Below are positions 14,135 to 28,630 of a stretch of DNA of 64,000 nucleotides, one piece after another; the stretch's first letter is position 1; every line of letters begins with the position of its first letter. Location of the stretch: the NCBI GenBank assembly GCA_964016885.1, contig OZ024743.1:312728001-312792000 (forward strand), read 5' to 3'. The notes beneath the pieces are model-generated. The model was not told the DNA's origin. It saw only the letters and a program-made list of their open reading frames with translations, and searched no databases. Position numbers and translations under genes: made by a program. Source of the stretch: Eledone cirrhosa (taxonomy: Eukaryota).

Positions 14135-14337
14135 TATATATATATATATATAGAGATATACATGATATTTTAATTTTAATTATATCTCATAAAATAATAC
14201 AACTGGCTTTCCACAAAATACATATAGTTAGCATCCCAAACACTTAAATTGGGTTTATACTAACATATAACCTAATGTTTGTTGAGTGAGATGGTTACCA
14301 GTCGGAGTTTAGCTTTAAGCTATATCTGTTATTGTAT

Positions 14338-14343
<6 letters not shown>
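13400..14343. repeat. Local direct duplication of about 190 bp (13400-13592 and 14152-14343)
   Basis: Near-identical copies, each preceded by (GA)n and followed by (TA)n. Confidence 0.92.
13655..13873 (-). mobile_element. tRNA-derived SINE family S3 (S2-like head and core, different tail); copies at about 38895-39165 (-) and 56995-57255 (+)
   Basis: Shared tccttgagcaagacactt core followed by gagttgcgac...gatagtat..gcaatggaaagacc tail in all three copies. Confidence 0.75.
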
Positions 14344-14423
<80 letters not shown>

Positions 14424-14634
14424 TATATATATAAGCATACATATGCATATATATATATATACATACATACATATATATGCATATATATATATATATACAT
14501 ACATACATATATATGCATACATATGCATATATATATATACATACATACATACATATATATGCATACATATGCATATATATATATACATACATACATATAT
14601 ATATATACATACATACATACATACATATATATAT

Positions 14635-14719
<85 letters not shown>

Positions 14720-14744
14720 CATACATATATATATATATAGAGAG

Positions 14745-14799
14745 AGAGCTTTCTGATGATTTCTCATGAATGAAACAGTTCTAGTCCTGTAGAAGCTCT
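14745..14799 (+). ncRNA. Type I hammerhead ribozyme motif
   Basis: Stem I agagcttt/gaagctct; CUGAUGA; stem II ttc-tcat-gaa with a U.U closing mismatch; GAAA; stem III Acag/ctgU; GUA cleavage triplet at 14789-14791. Confidence 0.7.
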
Positions 14800-14877
14800 T
14801 CTATATTTAAACTTTTATACTCTGCTATGTATTGAGTACTTTACTTACTGAGGTCACCTCCGATTCAACCCGGAATA

Positions 14878-14951
<74 letters not shown>

Positions 14952-14984
14952 TACATATATATATATATACATACATATATATAT

Positions 14985-17245
14985 AGGCTTGGAAAGTATG
15001 GGAGGATGGGGGAAGTAGAGAACACTACCAAGTGGCCAGGAGAGAAGCTAGGAGACAAGTGTACCATGCAAAAAGGGAAGCTGAGGATAGAAAGTTCAAG
15101 CATGTGAGGACCAAAAACGTGAGGTGTTCAGGATTGCTAGATAATGTGTCAAGGAAACCCATGATATTGTTGGGGAGAAGTGTGTCCGTAATGATAACGG
15201 TGTACTTAAGTGGGAAAAAGTTAGTCTGCCCCAAATCGATCCAATAGAAGGACCAGCGGTGCAAGTTAAACGTAGTATAATAAGTAAGGTAATCAAAGAT
15301 ATGAAGACAGGCAAGGCAGTTGGGCCTTTGGAGAAAGTTGCTGAGATGTTGAAGGCATCTGGAATGGTTGGACATACTATGGTCACCCGTATAGTTAACC
15401 AAGTAATACAGAACGGGGTCATACCAAAAGATTGGCGTAGCAGCATCATCATTAACTGCTACAAGGGTAAAGGAGATGCTCTAGATAGAGGAAACTATAG
15501 AGGCATTAAGTTAGTTGACCAGGTCATGAAGGTCACAGAAAGAGTTATAGCGCAACTAATCAGAGTTCGAATTGATCTATATGAAATGCAGTTTGGGTTT
15601 GTGTCAGGTAAAAGTACCACAGATGCTCTTTTCCTTGTATGACAACTACAGGAGAAGTACCTAGCTAAAAGTAAACCCCTCTACTTAGCTTTTGTAGACC
15701 TGGAGAAAGCCTTTGACAGAGTCCTCCACTCCATTATCTGGTGGGCTCTTAGAAAACTAGGTGTAGATGAATATTGTGAAGAATTTAGTGTAAAAGTTGG
15801 TATTCATCAAGTCTCTGTCCTTAGCCCCCTCCTATTTATTATTGCCCTTCAGGCTATAACAGAGGAGTTTAAGACCGGCTGCCCATGGGAACTCCTATAC
15901 GCAGATGATCTAACTCTCATAGCTGAATCTATGGCTGAATTAGAGAAGAAATTCCAAATGTTGGATGTGTAATCAAAAGGCCTTAAAGTTAACTTGTCTA
16001 AAAGACTAAAGTTCTAGTTTATAGAAAGGAAAATAGGGCACAGGTGCCCTCAGGGAAATGGCCATGCTCAGTGTGTAGGAACGGAGTAGGCAGAAATTCC
16101 ATTTTATGTCCCAAATGTTTTTATGGGTACATAAAAGATGTAGTGGGATCACAGGTAAACTATCTAAGAACGTAGATTTTATATGTGGCCGATGCTCAGG
16201 TGCAATAAGTAGCAAGTGCACACAGGATACTAGCTCCTTCTATTGTCGAGATGGTTCTATAGAAATAGTGGATACTTTCCATTACCTAGGTGACAATATT
16301 AGCAGTGGGGGAGGGTGCTCTGAAAGTACAGTAGCCAGAGTCAGAACGGGATGGAAAAAATTCAGAGAGCTTATACCGCTGTTGGCCACAAACATTTTCT
16401 CTCTAAAAATGAAAGGCAGATTGTATGATGCCTGTATACAAACAGTGAGACATGGGCATTGCGTGCAGAGGACCTGCGCAGACTGAAAAGGAACGAAGCA
16501 TGCATGCTCCGTTGGATGTGTAATAGTAATGTACGTAAATGGCAAAGCATAAATGAACTAAGTGAGAAATTAGGAATAAGAGGGATCAGATGCTGTTTAT
16601 TTGAAAGACTATGTTGGTATGGTCATGTGATGCGCATGAAAGACGACAGCTGTATAAAAAAGTGCAGGGCGATCAAAATTGATGGTATTTACGGAGTAGG
16701 TAGACCAAGAAAAACCTGGGACGATTTGATAAATTCCGACCTTACACACTTGTACCTCTCTAAGACGATGTCACTGGACTGAGATCTTTGGCGCTATGCA
16801 GTAATACAGAAGACCCGCCTTGCCTATGTACAAAGTGAAACCTACAGTCAGTAGGCACCTCTTAACCAAATATACACCCCAATCCACTACTCCTACCCTA
16901 TCCTCCCACTCCCACTAACACCACCCTCTCTCTGAAAATTTGGTACCACAACATCCAGTCCAAATAAATGAGATAATGAGATCGAGATCAAGATTGTGTA
17001 GGTGTCACGACAAAAAAAAACACACAGTCCACACTGTAATGTGGCTGTGTAGGTAACACGGTAAAAAGTTCCGAGTTCTACACTGTGTGGTTGGTGTTAG
17101 GAAGGGCATCCAGCCATAGAAAACCTGCCAGATAGTCCTATATGAGTGAGACACGGTCACCCGACCAACCTTGCTTAAAGTGGGACAACTCCCGTCTAAC
17201 CCATGCTAGCATGGAAGATAGACGTTAAAAGAAGATCATGATGAT
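14985..17245 (+). mobile_element. Decayed 5'-truncated RTE-clade LINE (RT pseudogene plus 3' UTR)
   Basis: GNYRGIKL, QFGFVSGKSTTDA, AFVDLEKAFDRVL, ELLYADDL, FHYLG, RLCWYGHVMR, GRPRKTW motifs with stops, frameshifts and an internal deletion; (GAT)n-type tail. Confidence 0.92.
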
Positions 17246-17293
17246 ATATACATATGTATATATACATATATATATATGTATATATACATATAC

Positions 17294-17326
<33 letters not shown>

Positions 17327-17357
17327 TATATACATATGTATATATACATATATATAT

Positions 17358-17397
<40 letters not shown>

Positions 17398-17576
17398 TGT
17401 TGTCCACAATATGTATCTGTATGACTCTTCAGCAGAATAGGAGGCTGATTATATGTAAAAACATTATTAATAATGCTCCGAAGACTCCAAGCCTAGGCTT
17501 GGAACAAACAATTGTCAGCAATTAAATGGTCTAACATAGCTTTGATTCTTGTTTATTCTATATATATATATATAGA

Positions 17577-18467
17577 CAGGGTGCGGACTATATTTGTTAG
17601 CAATTTTCAACTGCTAATTTTATGTAAATTTTTTTTACTTTCGTTGTCACTCTTGTCCTCATAAAAACAGTGACTATATTTTCATCATTTATTTTCTGAA
17701 TAATTGATTATGAATAATTTTGAACCTCCAATTTGTGGATGAGACACAGAGTTCTTCTTGGAATCCACGCCGGGAGGACAGATAAGACCAGAAGATCAAC
17801 TACCAGAACAACAGGTGGCTCGCTGTCTCATCTAAAGATGTTCCCAGAGTCATGTAGGCATAGTTTCCAGCGACAACATTGGTCTTAGATGTCGTCAGCA
17901 GTCAAGGTGACGTCATGCCACCTCACTTCTTCTCTGAGGGCCTTAAGCTGAACACCGATGGCTACATCCGCGTTCTGAGCAAGGTAGTAAAGCCCTGGAT
18001 CGACCAGGTAGCTGCAGGTAGGCCGTACGTGTGGCAGCAAGACTCAGCACCCTGCCATACCAACCGAAAGACCCGAGCCTAGCTGTCGGAGAACTTCGTT
18101 GACCACACTTCACCTGACATCTTGCCTCCCAGCTCGCCTGACTGCAACCACCTCGATTTCTTTGTGTGGGGCGCAGTGGAATGAGACACCAACAGATCTA
18201 GCTGCAATACGAAAGATGATCTGAAGGCCAGGATCACAAGTGCCTTTAGGGGCCTAAGTCGGGGGACAGTGACGAAGGCCAGTAGCCGGTTCCGAGGCCG
18301 CCTTGAGGCCGTCATCAAGGTCAATGGCGGGTTTATCGAGTGCGATCGAAAGAACAAGTCATGAAGACAAACTGACCCAAGTTTGATAAATAAATCTTAA
18401 AAAATAAAACTACTGTGTTATTTTTTCATAGACAGTAATCTTGCGAACAAATATCGTCCGCACCCTG
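17577..18467 (+). mobile_element. Internally deleted Tc1/mariner-superfamily transposon, DD37D (maT-type)
   Basis: 27-bp TIRs cagggtgcggactatatttgttagcaa / ttgcgaacaaatatcgtccgcaccctg in TA context; WQQDSAPCH...SPDCNHLDF with 37 residues between the 2nd and 3rd Asp, counting one stop codon. Confidence 0.9.
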
Positions 18468-18509
18468 TATATATATACATATGTATTTAGATGTATATAT
18501 ATATATATA

Positions 18510-19388
18510 TCATCATCATCACTTTACGTCCGCTTTTCCTTGCTTGCAAGGGTTGGATGGGTCCTATTCACCACAGCATCTCTCCAATTGTCACGGTCCT
18601 TCGTCATCTACTCGGTGAGTTTCAGCGATCTGAGATCTGCTCTCACCACCCCTGCCCATGTTTTTCGTGGTCTACCTCTACTGCGTCTTCCCTCCACTGG
18701 GACTTTCTCACCCATCGGTCATCCTCCATGCGGATCTCATGGCCATACCATCTCAGCCTTCTCTCCTGCACACCACAACTTATGCCTCTTATACCCAGTT
18801 TCTTTCTCCACTTGTCTATGCTTGGTCATTCACACACATTGACATTACACATCCAACGGAGCATACTTGCTTCATTTCTCTCAAGGGGTCGCATATCTTC
18901 TGCAGTTGCTGCCCATGTCTCACTACCATGCAGCATCACGCATCTCACACAGGCATTATATAACCGTCCTTTCGTACGCAGTGAGAAACCCTTCTTTGTC
19001 AACAGAGGGAGCAGCTCCCTAAACTTTTTCCAACCCGTCCTTATTCTAGATACTATGGCCTCGGACCCCCCCCTCTCCCATGCTAATCTGATCCCCTAGG
19101 TACCGGAAGCTATCAACCACTTCTATAGAACCCACCTGCATTGGAAAAATGAGTCTATCACATCGATTACTACTGCCAACTTTCCCTGTACATCTACTGC
19201 ATACGCAGTTTTCCCTACCTGTTAGTTTGCCTGCTATCCCACTACATCTCTTGTGTCTCCAAGATCTGCATTGCGTACATTTTATAGAATTTATGCCAGT
19301 TCCTACATATCGAACATGGCCTTTCCCTGATGGAATCAGAGTATTGTCCTCTCTTCTACTTATCAACGCCTTTGTTTTAGCTATGTTC
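18510..19388 (-). mobile_element. RTE-clade LINE 3' fragment, related to 14985-17245
   Basis: Minus-strand [14 protein letters not shown]...[10 protein letters not shown] motifs and the same tail type (gcggacgtaaagtgatgatg). Confidence 0.88.
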
Positions 19389-19682
19389 ATATACATATAC
19401 ATACATACATATATACATACATACATACATATACATACATTCATACATATATATACACATACAAATGTATATATATATATATATATATACATACATACAT
19501 ATATATACACATACAAATGTATATATATATATATATATATACATATATCTATATATATACATACATACACATATATATATACATACATATGTATGTATAT
19601 ATATATATATATATATACATATATACATATGTATATATATATATATACATACGTATATATATATATATATATATATACATAC

Positions 19683-19730
<48 letters not shown>

Positions 19731-20093
19731 TTATACTTTGGGAGGGTCATGTTGCCAATAATATATGTATATATATGTATATATATATATAATATATGTA
19801 TATATATATATATTTAAAAATAATAGATTAAAGTTTAAGCACAGAATCACTACTTTCACCACGTATGTATATATGTATATATATATATATATACGTATGT
19901 ATATATATATATTTTAATAAATATTTTAATAAATATTTTCTCTACGGTTCTTATATATTTGATATATATTTATCCTTATTGAGCCCTCTTTGGATTTTAG
20001 TCTTCAAATTTATTATTATTACTATATATATATATATACATATATATTTATACATATACATATATACATATGTATATATATATACATATATAC

Positions 20094-20159
<66 letters not shown>

Positions 20160-20329
20160 GTATATATATATATTTACACTTTTACTCTTTTATCCGTTCC
20201 AGCCATCCGGCTGAGTCCATGCTGGGGCACCGCATATACATACATATATATACACACATATATATATACATATATATACACACATATATACAAATATATG
20301 CATATATACACACACACATATATATATAT

Positions 20330-20676
20330 GGAGGCACATGGCTTAGTGGTTAGAGCATTGGCCTTGCAATCGAAATGTTGTGAGTTCAATACTCAGACCG
20401 GGTGATGTGTTGTTTCCTTGAGCAAGACACTTTATTTCACATTGCTCCAGTTTACTCAGCTGTAGAAATGAGATGATAGGGCCTGGGGTCCCTATCATTC
20501 TACTGCAAAGTGGTCGTGGAGGTGCCACGGCAAAAAAGCACCCAGCACTCACTGTAAATGAGGTTGGTGTTAGGAAGGGCATCCAGCTGTAGAAATCAAG
20601 CCAGCATCAGTTCCCGTCCCACCCTTGCAAGCAGGGAAAAGCGGACGTAAAATGAAATGATGATGATGATGATGAT
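20330..20676 (+). mobile_element. SINE family S2 copy
   Basis: Near-identical to 10433-10757, with a (TGA)n tail. Confidence 0.85.
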
Positions 20677-20721
20677 ATATATCATCATCATCGTTTAACA
20701 TCTATCTTCCGCGCTAGCATG

Positions 20722-20780
<59 letters not shown>

Positions 20781-21081
20781 GGAGTGTAATGTGAAGTTAC
20801 TGTAGGTTCACCAAGATGAGCGCTCGATATTTAGGTTCACATCAGTGGCGAGGTGTAGAGCTAAACAGAGTGTAATATAATAATACAAGGACAATTTGTT
20901 AAACCTTCATTACATTTATTGATTGGTGACGCGCATATTGCTATTGATTAGTATCGATCTGGCCCGACTCTGGAATCAAAAGCTCGTTGGACTTCTGCTG
21001 TTGTAATGACAGAATAAACATATGTTCATTCTATGTATTATACACACACACACATATACATACACACACATATACATACAA

Positions 21082-21137
<56 letters not shown>

Positions 21138-21398
21138 GTAAATATATATATATACATTCAAGAATTGTTTGCCATGGCTATAACACTGAATTGGCAAACT
21201 GTCCCCGAACCGAATCGGTCCTGCATTTTCTATTCTTTTTTTGTGTTCAATATATATGTTGTCTAATTTTGCAATTAACACCTGATGACATCGTTTAAGT
21301 CTTGCTTTATGATCAGATATTAAGGCTGGGCCACCGAAATATGTGTTTTTGGTGAATTAAAGTTTAAAAGTAATTTTGTTGTTGTTTTAATGAGTATC

Positions 21399-21435
<37 letters not shown>

Positions 21436-21706
21436 GTTTATACCTCACTACGCAATGCTTCAAGTAAACTACCATTTCCTTCTATATATATATATATATA
21501 TATACACATACAAATACATATATATACAAATACATATATACATACATATATATACATATACACATACATATATATATATTAATTATTTATTATTATTATA
21601 TATATATGTATGTATATATATAAGGAAAAGAAATCAATTTTATTTCTTTATACTTTCACCTGTGTAGTACATCTCTTTTTTTTTTATTAAAGAAAACCTT
21701 CATTTT

Positions 21707-21762
<56 letters not shown>

Positions 21763-23684
21763 ACCGTTATTGCTCCAATACATACTCACACAAGTTTGCC
21801 ATGAGTTGTGTTATTTGGAATGTGTACGTGTGTGTGTGTGTGTGTATATATATTGCAGTAACTTCGAAGTTTCAGCTGTAATGCCTCTTCCGATTATGTG
21901 TTTGTATATATGTATATATATGTATGTGTATATTTGTGGATATGTATTTATATATCTATGTTGTCTATGTGTGTGTTTGTGTGTATCTGTATATGTGATA
22001 AAATTCAATTTTAGACTTTATTCTAACAAATAAATCTATAGAAATTAATATATCTCATGTAAATTATTTCAGATTAATAAGCAGGAAAATTACATTTTAC
22101 TAAAAATACAACTTGATTTTTTTTAAATACATTCAAACGTTTAATTTATTGTCCTAATTTTAATTTGAAATAATTTCATATAAAAATAAATCTCTATATG
22201 TAATAAATATGTCTATTGAATTAATATTCTAGGATAAATAAATTTGAAAGATTTATATTTGTGTTTTAAATTTGCCAAATAAATTAGAGAGGAAAAATAC
22301 AGTTTAAATTGAGTACTGAAAATATAGATATGAACTTGTTTGATACCAAACCATCCAAAACAGCCCATAGTTCTATGAAGCTAAGCTGGTTATTTGAAAG
22401 TATTTATATTAATCTAAAAACCTTCCATTGTAATTTTATGTAATAAACTTTGTTGGGCTATGTTCCAAACATCATATTGATAATAAGAAAGTTAGTTGTT
22501 TTACTTAATACCCCTAAATTCTTAATTATTTAAAAAATTATTTGAAAACCATAGGAAGTTTATTTTATGAGATATATGGTAATACAAGGATCAGCCTAAG
22601 AAAATTTAACTGCCGACCTGTAAGATATGATATAATTTGAAATGGAGAGGACATTTCCTAGCTACTGCAAGGTTGAGCTCTATTAATCTATCCTATTATT
22701 TTGCTGTATGTTTATGTGTGTTCAGATATGTGTGTGTTTGTGAAATAGCTTTAATCCCTCTGTTTCTTAACTAAATTATCCTTAATTTCATAAAGACAAC
22801 CCGTATAACATAGATAAAGGAATTTTGTGACTTAACACTTTTCATACCAACCTGCCCCAAACTCTCTGGTTCTATGAAACAAAACTAACCATTTAAATAA
22901 AAACTTTCCAACATAACTATATATGAGAACAATGTTTTAAGTTATATTATAAATACCATCTTCTATGAAAGAAAACCACCCATTTTAAAGGGTTCCTATT
23001 TAAATTAAAACCTTCAAACATAATTATATACAAGAACCTTTTGTTAAATAACGTTACAAATACTATCACAATAATGAAATGATTATTAATTTTAGCAAAT
23101 CCCTCAAAATTCTACATTAATCAATAAATGAAAACACAGACTATATCAATAGAAATACGTTCATAAAAGGGTTAAGGATTAAAATAAAATATTGGTTTTC
23201 AAGAATACTTAAAATTGAAGCACATGAGAACAGAAAGGAATGCAAAAGATCAACATACTCCCTATATAACTATGACAACAGATACTAAAGTTTAGAGCTC
23301 AAAATATAATGAATATATAAGGAAAAAATGTTACCAGTTCTTTTAGGCAACTGGAGCATTTTTTCTCCAATACATTTCCATACACACTTATGCAAACACA
23401 CATACAATATAAACAGACATACACCTATATGCAAAACTACACATATATAAATATATTTATGTCATGTTTTATACACATGTCATAAATACACTGATATGTG
23501 TGTATATGCCCAAAAAACATACGAATTACAAAGAACGATAGCAAAATGCCAACAACGAAACAGCAGTAAAGAACTAGTTTTTTTTTTTAAAGGAAGAATT
23601 TGTCAAGCTGAACAGTGATAGACACAGTAATAGAAGTTAAGTTGAAGGACAACATTCATAAAATATACCTATCCTATGATAAAT

Positions 23685-23712
23685 ACATACATAAATATAT
23701 ACATACATATAT

Positions 23713-23786
<74 letters not shown>

Positions 23787-23807
23787 TGTAATATATCATA
23801 TATAAAT

Positions 23808-23850
<43 letters not shown>

Positions 23851-24067
23851 CACATATATATATATATATATATATATGATATATTATATATATGTGCATA
23901 TATATATATATGCATACATATATATAATATATCATATATATATATATATATGCATGTATATATATATATGCACATATATATAATATATCATATATATATA
24001 TATAATATATCATATATATAATGTATCATGTATATATATATAATATATCATTTATATATAATGTATC

Positions 24068-24098
<31 letters not shown>

Positions 24099-24158
24099 CA
24101 TTTATATAATGTATCATATATATATATATATATATAATATATCATTTATATATAATGT

Positions 24159-24231
<73 letters not shown>

Positions 24232-24376
24232 TATATCTATGATATATATATATAATTTATATATATATGATATATATATAATTTATATATATATGATATA
24301 TATATATGTATATTTGTATATATATATATTTGTACATATATATATATTTGTATATATATATTTGTACATATATATT

Positions 24377-24411
<35 letters not shown>

Positions 24412-24497
24412 ACATATATATATGTATGTATATATATATATTTGTACAATATGTATGTATATATATTTGTATATATATATTTGTACATATATATATG

Positions 24498-24536
<39 letters not shown>

Positions 24537-24575
24537 ATATTTGTATATATATATATTTGTACATATATATATGCA

Positions 24576-24629
<54 letters not shown>

Positions 24630-24740
24630 GTATATATATATATGTATATATATATGTGTATGTATATATGTGCATGTATGTATGTATGTATATACATATA
24701 TATATATCTGTGCGTGTATGTATATGTATATATATATACA
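23685..24740. repeat. Large compound (TA)n / TATC / TTTGTA low-complexity array (representative; many other (TA)n, (CA)n, (TACA)n arrays occur throughout)
   Basis: Direct inspection. Confidence 0.97.
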
Positions 24741-24971
24741 ACTGTAAAACTTAGAGAAAGTCTTCTAAATGAAATTGTTAAAAATGTAGCAAAAAAAAAA
24801 CTTGACATAAATGAAATAAAAAAAAATAATAATCATAATTGACATAAATTCCCTACTGAGATATTGCAGACAAATATATAAGTGGCAGACATGAGACATA
24901 TACTAGTTGGGTGAAATGGTTTTCTACAAACTGATAGAAACATAAGATGTGGAAATGGATTACGACAAAAA

Positions 24972-25004
<33 letters not shown>

Positions 25005-25083
25005 CGGGATGTCCCCAAAACATGTGTACATACTTCAAAAGCATTCTAATAAAAAGCTGTATACATTTTTTGGGAACACTCTG
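25005..25083. mobile_element. About 80-bp Tc1/mariner-type MITE
   Basis: Imperfect TIRs cgggatgtccccaaaacatgtgtaca / tgtatacattttttgggaacactctg, flanked by TA. Confidence 0.55.
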
Positions 25084-25243
25084 TATATATATATATAAAA
25101 GAACATTTTTTTAAAGAATTTAAATTTTTCAAATCAAATTACATTGCAGCAAAGCTACTCATAACATTAAGTGAATTTTTAAAAAGTAAATTTAAGTTGA
25201 AAATTTACATACGATGTGCAGAAATATATACATATATATGTAC

Positions 25244-25290
<47 letters not shown>

Positions 25291-25724
25291 TGTACATATA
25301 CATACATACACACACACACACATATATATATATAACAATTAGTCTAACACTGACAGCTCAATATCTTAAACAAGTGGGCGTTGAAAGTAGAAAAAAAAAG
25401 AATGAATGTGACTAATTTTAAATTGAAAAAGGAAACTAAAAATTTAAAGGTGGCAGAAAGTGAAACATGAAGTGGAGAGAAAAAAATGGAAGAAAATAGA
25501 AAAAATGAAAACATAAAAATGACTAAAAAAATATATGGACAAATATTGTTTTTAAGGATAAGACATGAACCAACAAACAGACAGCTAAATTTATGTATAT
25601 ATATATATAGATAGATAGATAATCACAAGAACTGATAGATGAGTTTCAGAGAGTGACAAAGGACAAACAGAGACAGAGATAGTTATATAGAGAGATAGAA
25701 ATGAAGAGACAGTCAGAGAAAGAA

Positions 25725-25734
<10 letters not shown>

Positions 25735-25816
<82 letters not shown>
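25735..25816. repeat. (GA)n microsatellite
   Basis: Direct inspection. Confidence 0.97.
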
Positions 25817-25820
<4 letters not shown>

Positions 25821-27867
25821 AGAGAGATAGACACAGACACAGCATGTAATTATTTAAAAGTCAGTGTCAGTTTGTTCGATCACATTCTACAGTAACTAAT
25901 TTTGCAGACCCACTTGCTTTGAAGCTTCCTTCCCATTCTTTTGACCTGCGCTTTTGCCTCGGCCTTTCCAGACAAACTAGAAATTATAAAACAATATCAG
26001 TGATAACACTGTGTCAATAAAACGTGAACAACAATTTGGGTAAAGCAAATGGCAGATATTATTATTTAAAAAAAAGCAACATTATATATACATATCTATT
26101 TGGGGTTGGAAAGAAAGTTCTCACACAGCTTTTATTAACAATGATATACAAAGTTGCATGGGGACTTTGTTTCCAAACATTTATATATATATATATATAT
26201 ATAGTAATGTTGGAAATATAAAATGATTTATACAATGAACACAAAATGTAACCCCTCTGAAATGACAGCAATTTTACAAGAAATCACTATAGGTAAAACA
26301 GTAAATACTTGTATTTGATTATTCAATACTTTTTTTCAAACAAGATTTTTAATGCAACAATTTTGTTTATATGACAGAACAGTAAAATTAGGGCTTAATT
26401 TGCATAAGTTTTAACACATATTGGATCTATGTGCTTAACATACACATACACATACACACATATGGCCTAGTGGTTAGGTTGTTGAAATTACCATCATAAT
26501 ATTGTGTTATTGGTTCAATTTTGGGACAGGGCAGCACATTGTGTTCTTAAGCAAAACACTTCATTTCCTGTTGCCCCAGTCCAATCAGCTGTGTGCTAAT
26601 TCTGCAATGGATTAGTTCACTCACTTAATGCCAATGAAACTAGGATAAGCATCAGTCTGTTGAGCTTCCAGGCTTTGGACAGACATTAAATATATTAATG
26701 TATATATATATACATATATATATATAATATTTTGTATTCCAGCAGATTTTTGTGTGCTATACTAGAAGGGTACTGGCTGTTACAATTGATGAAATTGTGA
26801 GTATTTTAACATTTTCATATGTTAATCGGTCGATACAATAATTACACTGTTTTCTTAGTTAAGACTTCTGGCTGGGAATGTTGTCTTACAATTAATCCTA
26901 GGCGTGTGCTCCAAATGAATTTGTTGAGCAAATTGTAAGCGAGATCAAAACCACTGAAAACCCTTATCATTATATAATAAATTTATATATATATATAATA
27001 TATATGTATATATACACACACACACATATAAACTTTTGTCACACTTGACAGAATTCCACTGTATCTGTAGAAAATCTGTGACATGCAAGATTATTTAGGT
27101 GTCTGTGATTAATGTCAGTCTAATACTTAACATCCTGTACCACATGAAACCACCTTATCAAGATATTCTTGAAAAGTGCAAATCACCACTATGATAGCAT
27201 CCTATTAATAATTTCCACAACGGTTTGTCCACTAATAAAGTTACTGTAAACATTTCAATTAAACCAGTTTTAGGTGTTTTCTGTTAATCCATTACAAGAG
27301 TATTAAATTGCAATGGTAACTTTCAGTCATTCTTCCTTTTCTTTTCTATTATTTTCCTTCTCCCACCTTTGCTTTCTTTTTCAATTCCCTTCTGACTTGT
27401 TACCTTTGTAATCTAACCAACTTGCATTGTATTGTACAGCTTTCTAAACACACATATCCACTTTTCATTACAGATAGTTAAGACTTAACATCCTCTTATT
27501 TAAAGTCCATCTCCCATGCTAGCAAGGTTTAGGCAGGCATTTATTTTTCTGTGTTGCTTTTGTTTAATCTTTTTTGAAATTAAGACATAACATAGTGTTC
27601 AAACAGCAAACATACTGTTGGCCATCATGTCATAATTTCAAAAATATATATAAAAAATTCAACACACCAGATTAGAAAAGTGTAACAAAAATCTTTTAAC
27701 ATTATAGACTGTACAATTTAGATATATTTCACAAGTGAATATAACAGTTTTTGATGTAGTCTTAAAAGGTCAAAATGACTCACCAAGTCAAAGTAAGCTG
27801 TATTGGAGAAGACATGTCTAACCTATGCAAGCATGGAAAACCAGACATAAAGCAATGAACTGTTGTT

Positions 27868-27898
<31 letters not shown>

Positions 27899-28385
27899 AA
27901 CACACACACACACATATATATATATACACACACACACAACTGAACAGATGTAAACATGTATTATCTCAAATAATGTAATCTGTTCAAGCATGAAAGAGAC
28001 GATGTTGAGTAATATCAATATTATGTAAATATATAGCTCTTCTGACAATATAGAGTCCTCTCATGACCACATATATATATATGCGTCTATGAGTGTATGG
28101 GTATATATATATATTTATATATATATACACGTACCATCATTTTAGGTCTATTTTCAATATTGGAAATCACTACATAAAGAAATTGTGTACTGATTTTACA
28201 AATAATACTCAAAGATACTAGCACTATTATATAAAGATAGTACAAATATTTTATCCCAAAGAAATATTTTTCTAGTGGAAAAAAAAACTGTCTATGATCT
28301 ATGATATATATATATATATATGTAAATCTGTATGTGTGTATATATATATACATACATATATACACACATATATATATGTATATCT

Positions 28386-28418
<33 letters not shown>

Positions 28419-28439
28419 CACTCACACATATATGTATAC

Positions 28440-28471
<32 letters not shown>

Positions 28472-28529
28472 GTATATCTGTTTGTGTGTATATATTTATA
28501 TATATATGTATACACACACACACACATAT

Positions 28530-28565
<36 letters not shown>

Positions 28566-28593
28566 CTACATTTATATATATATATATATGTAT

Positions 28594-28630
<37 letters not shown>

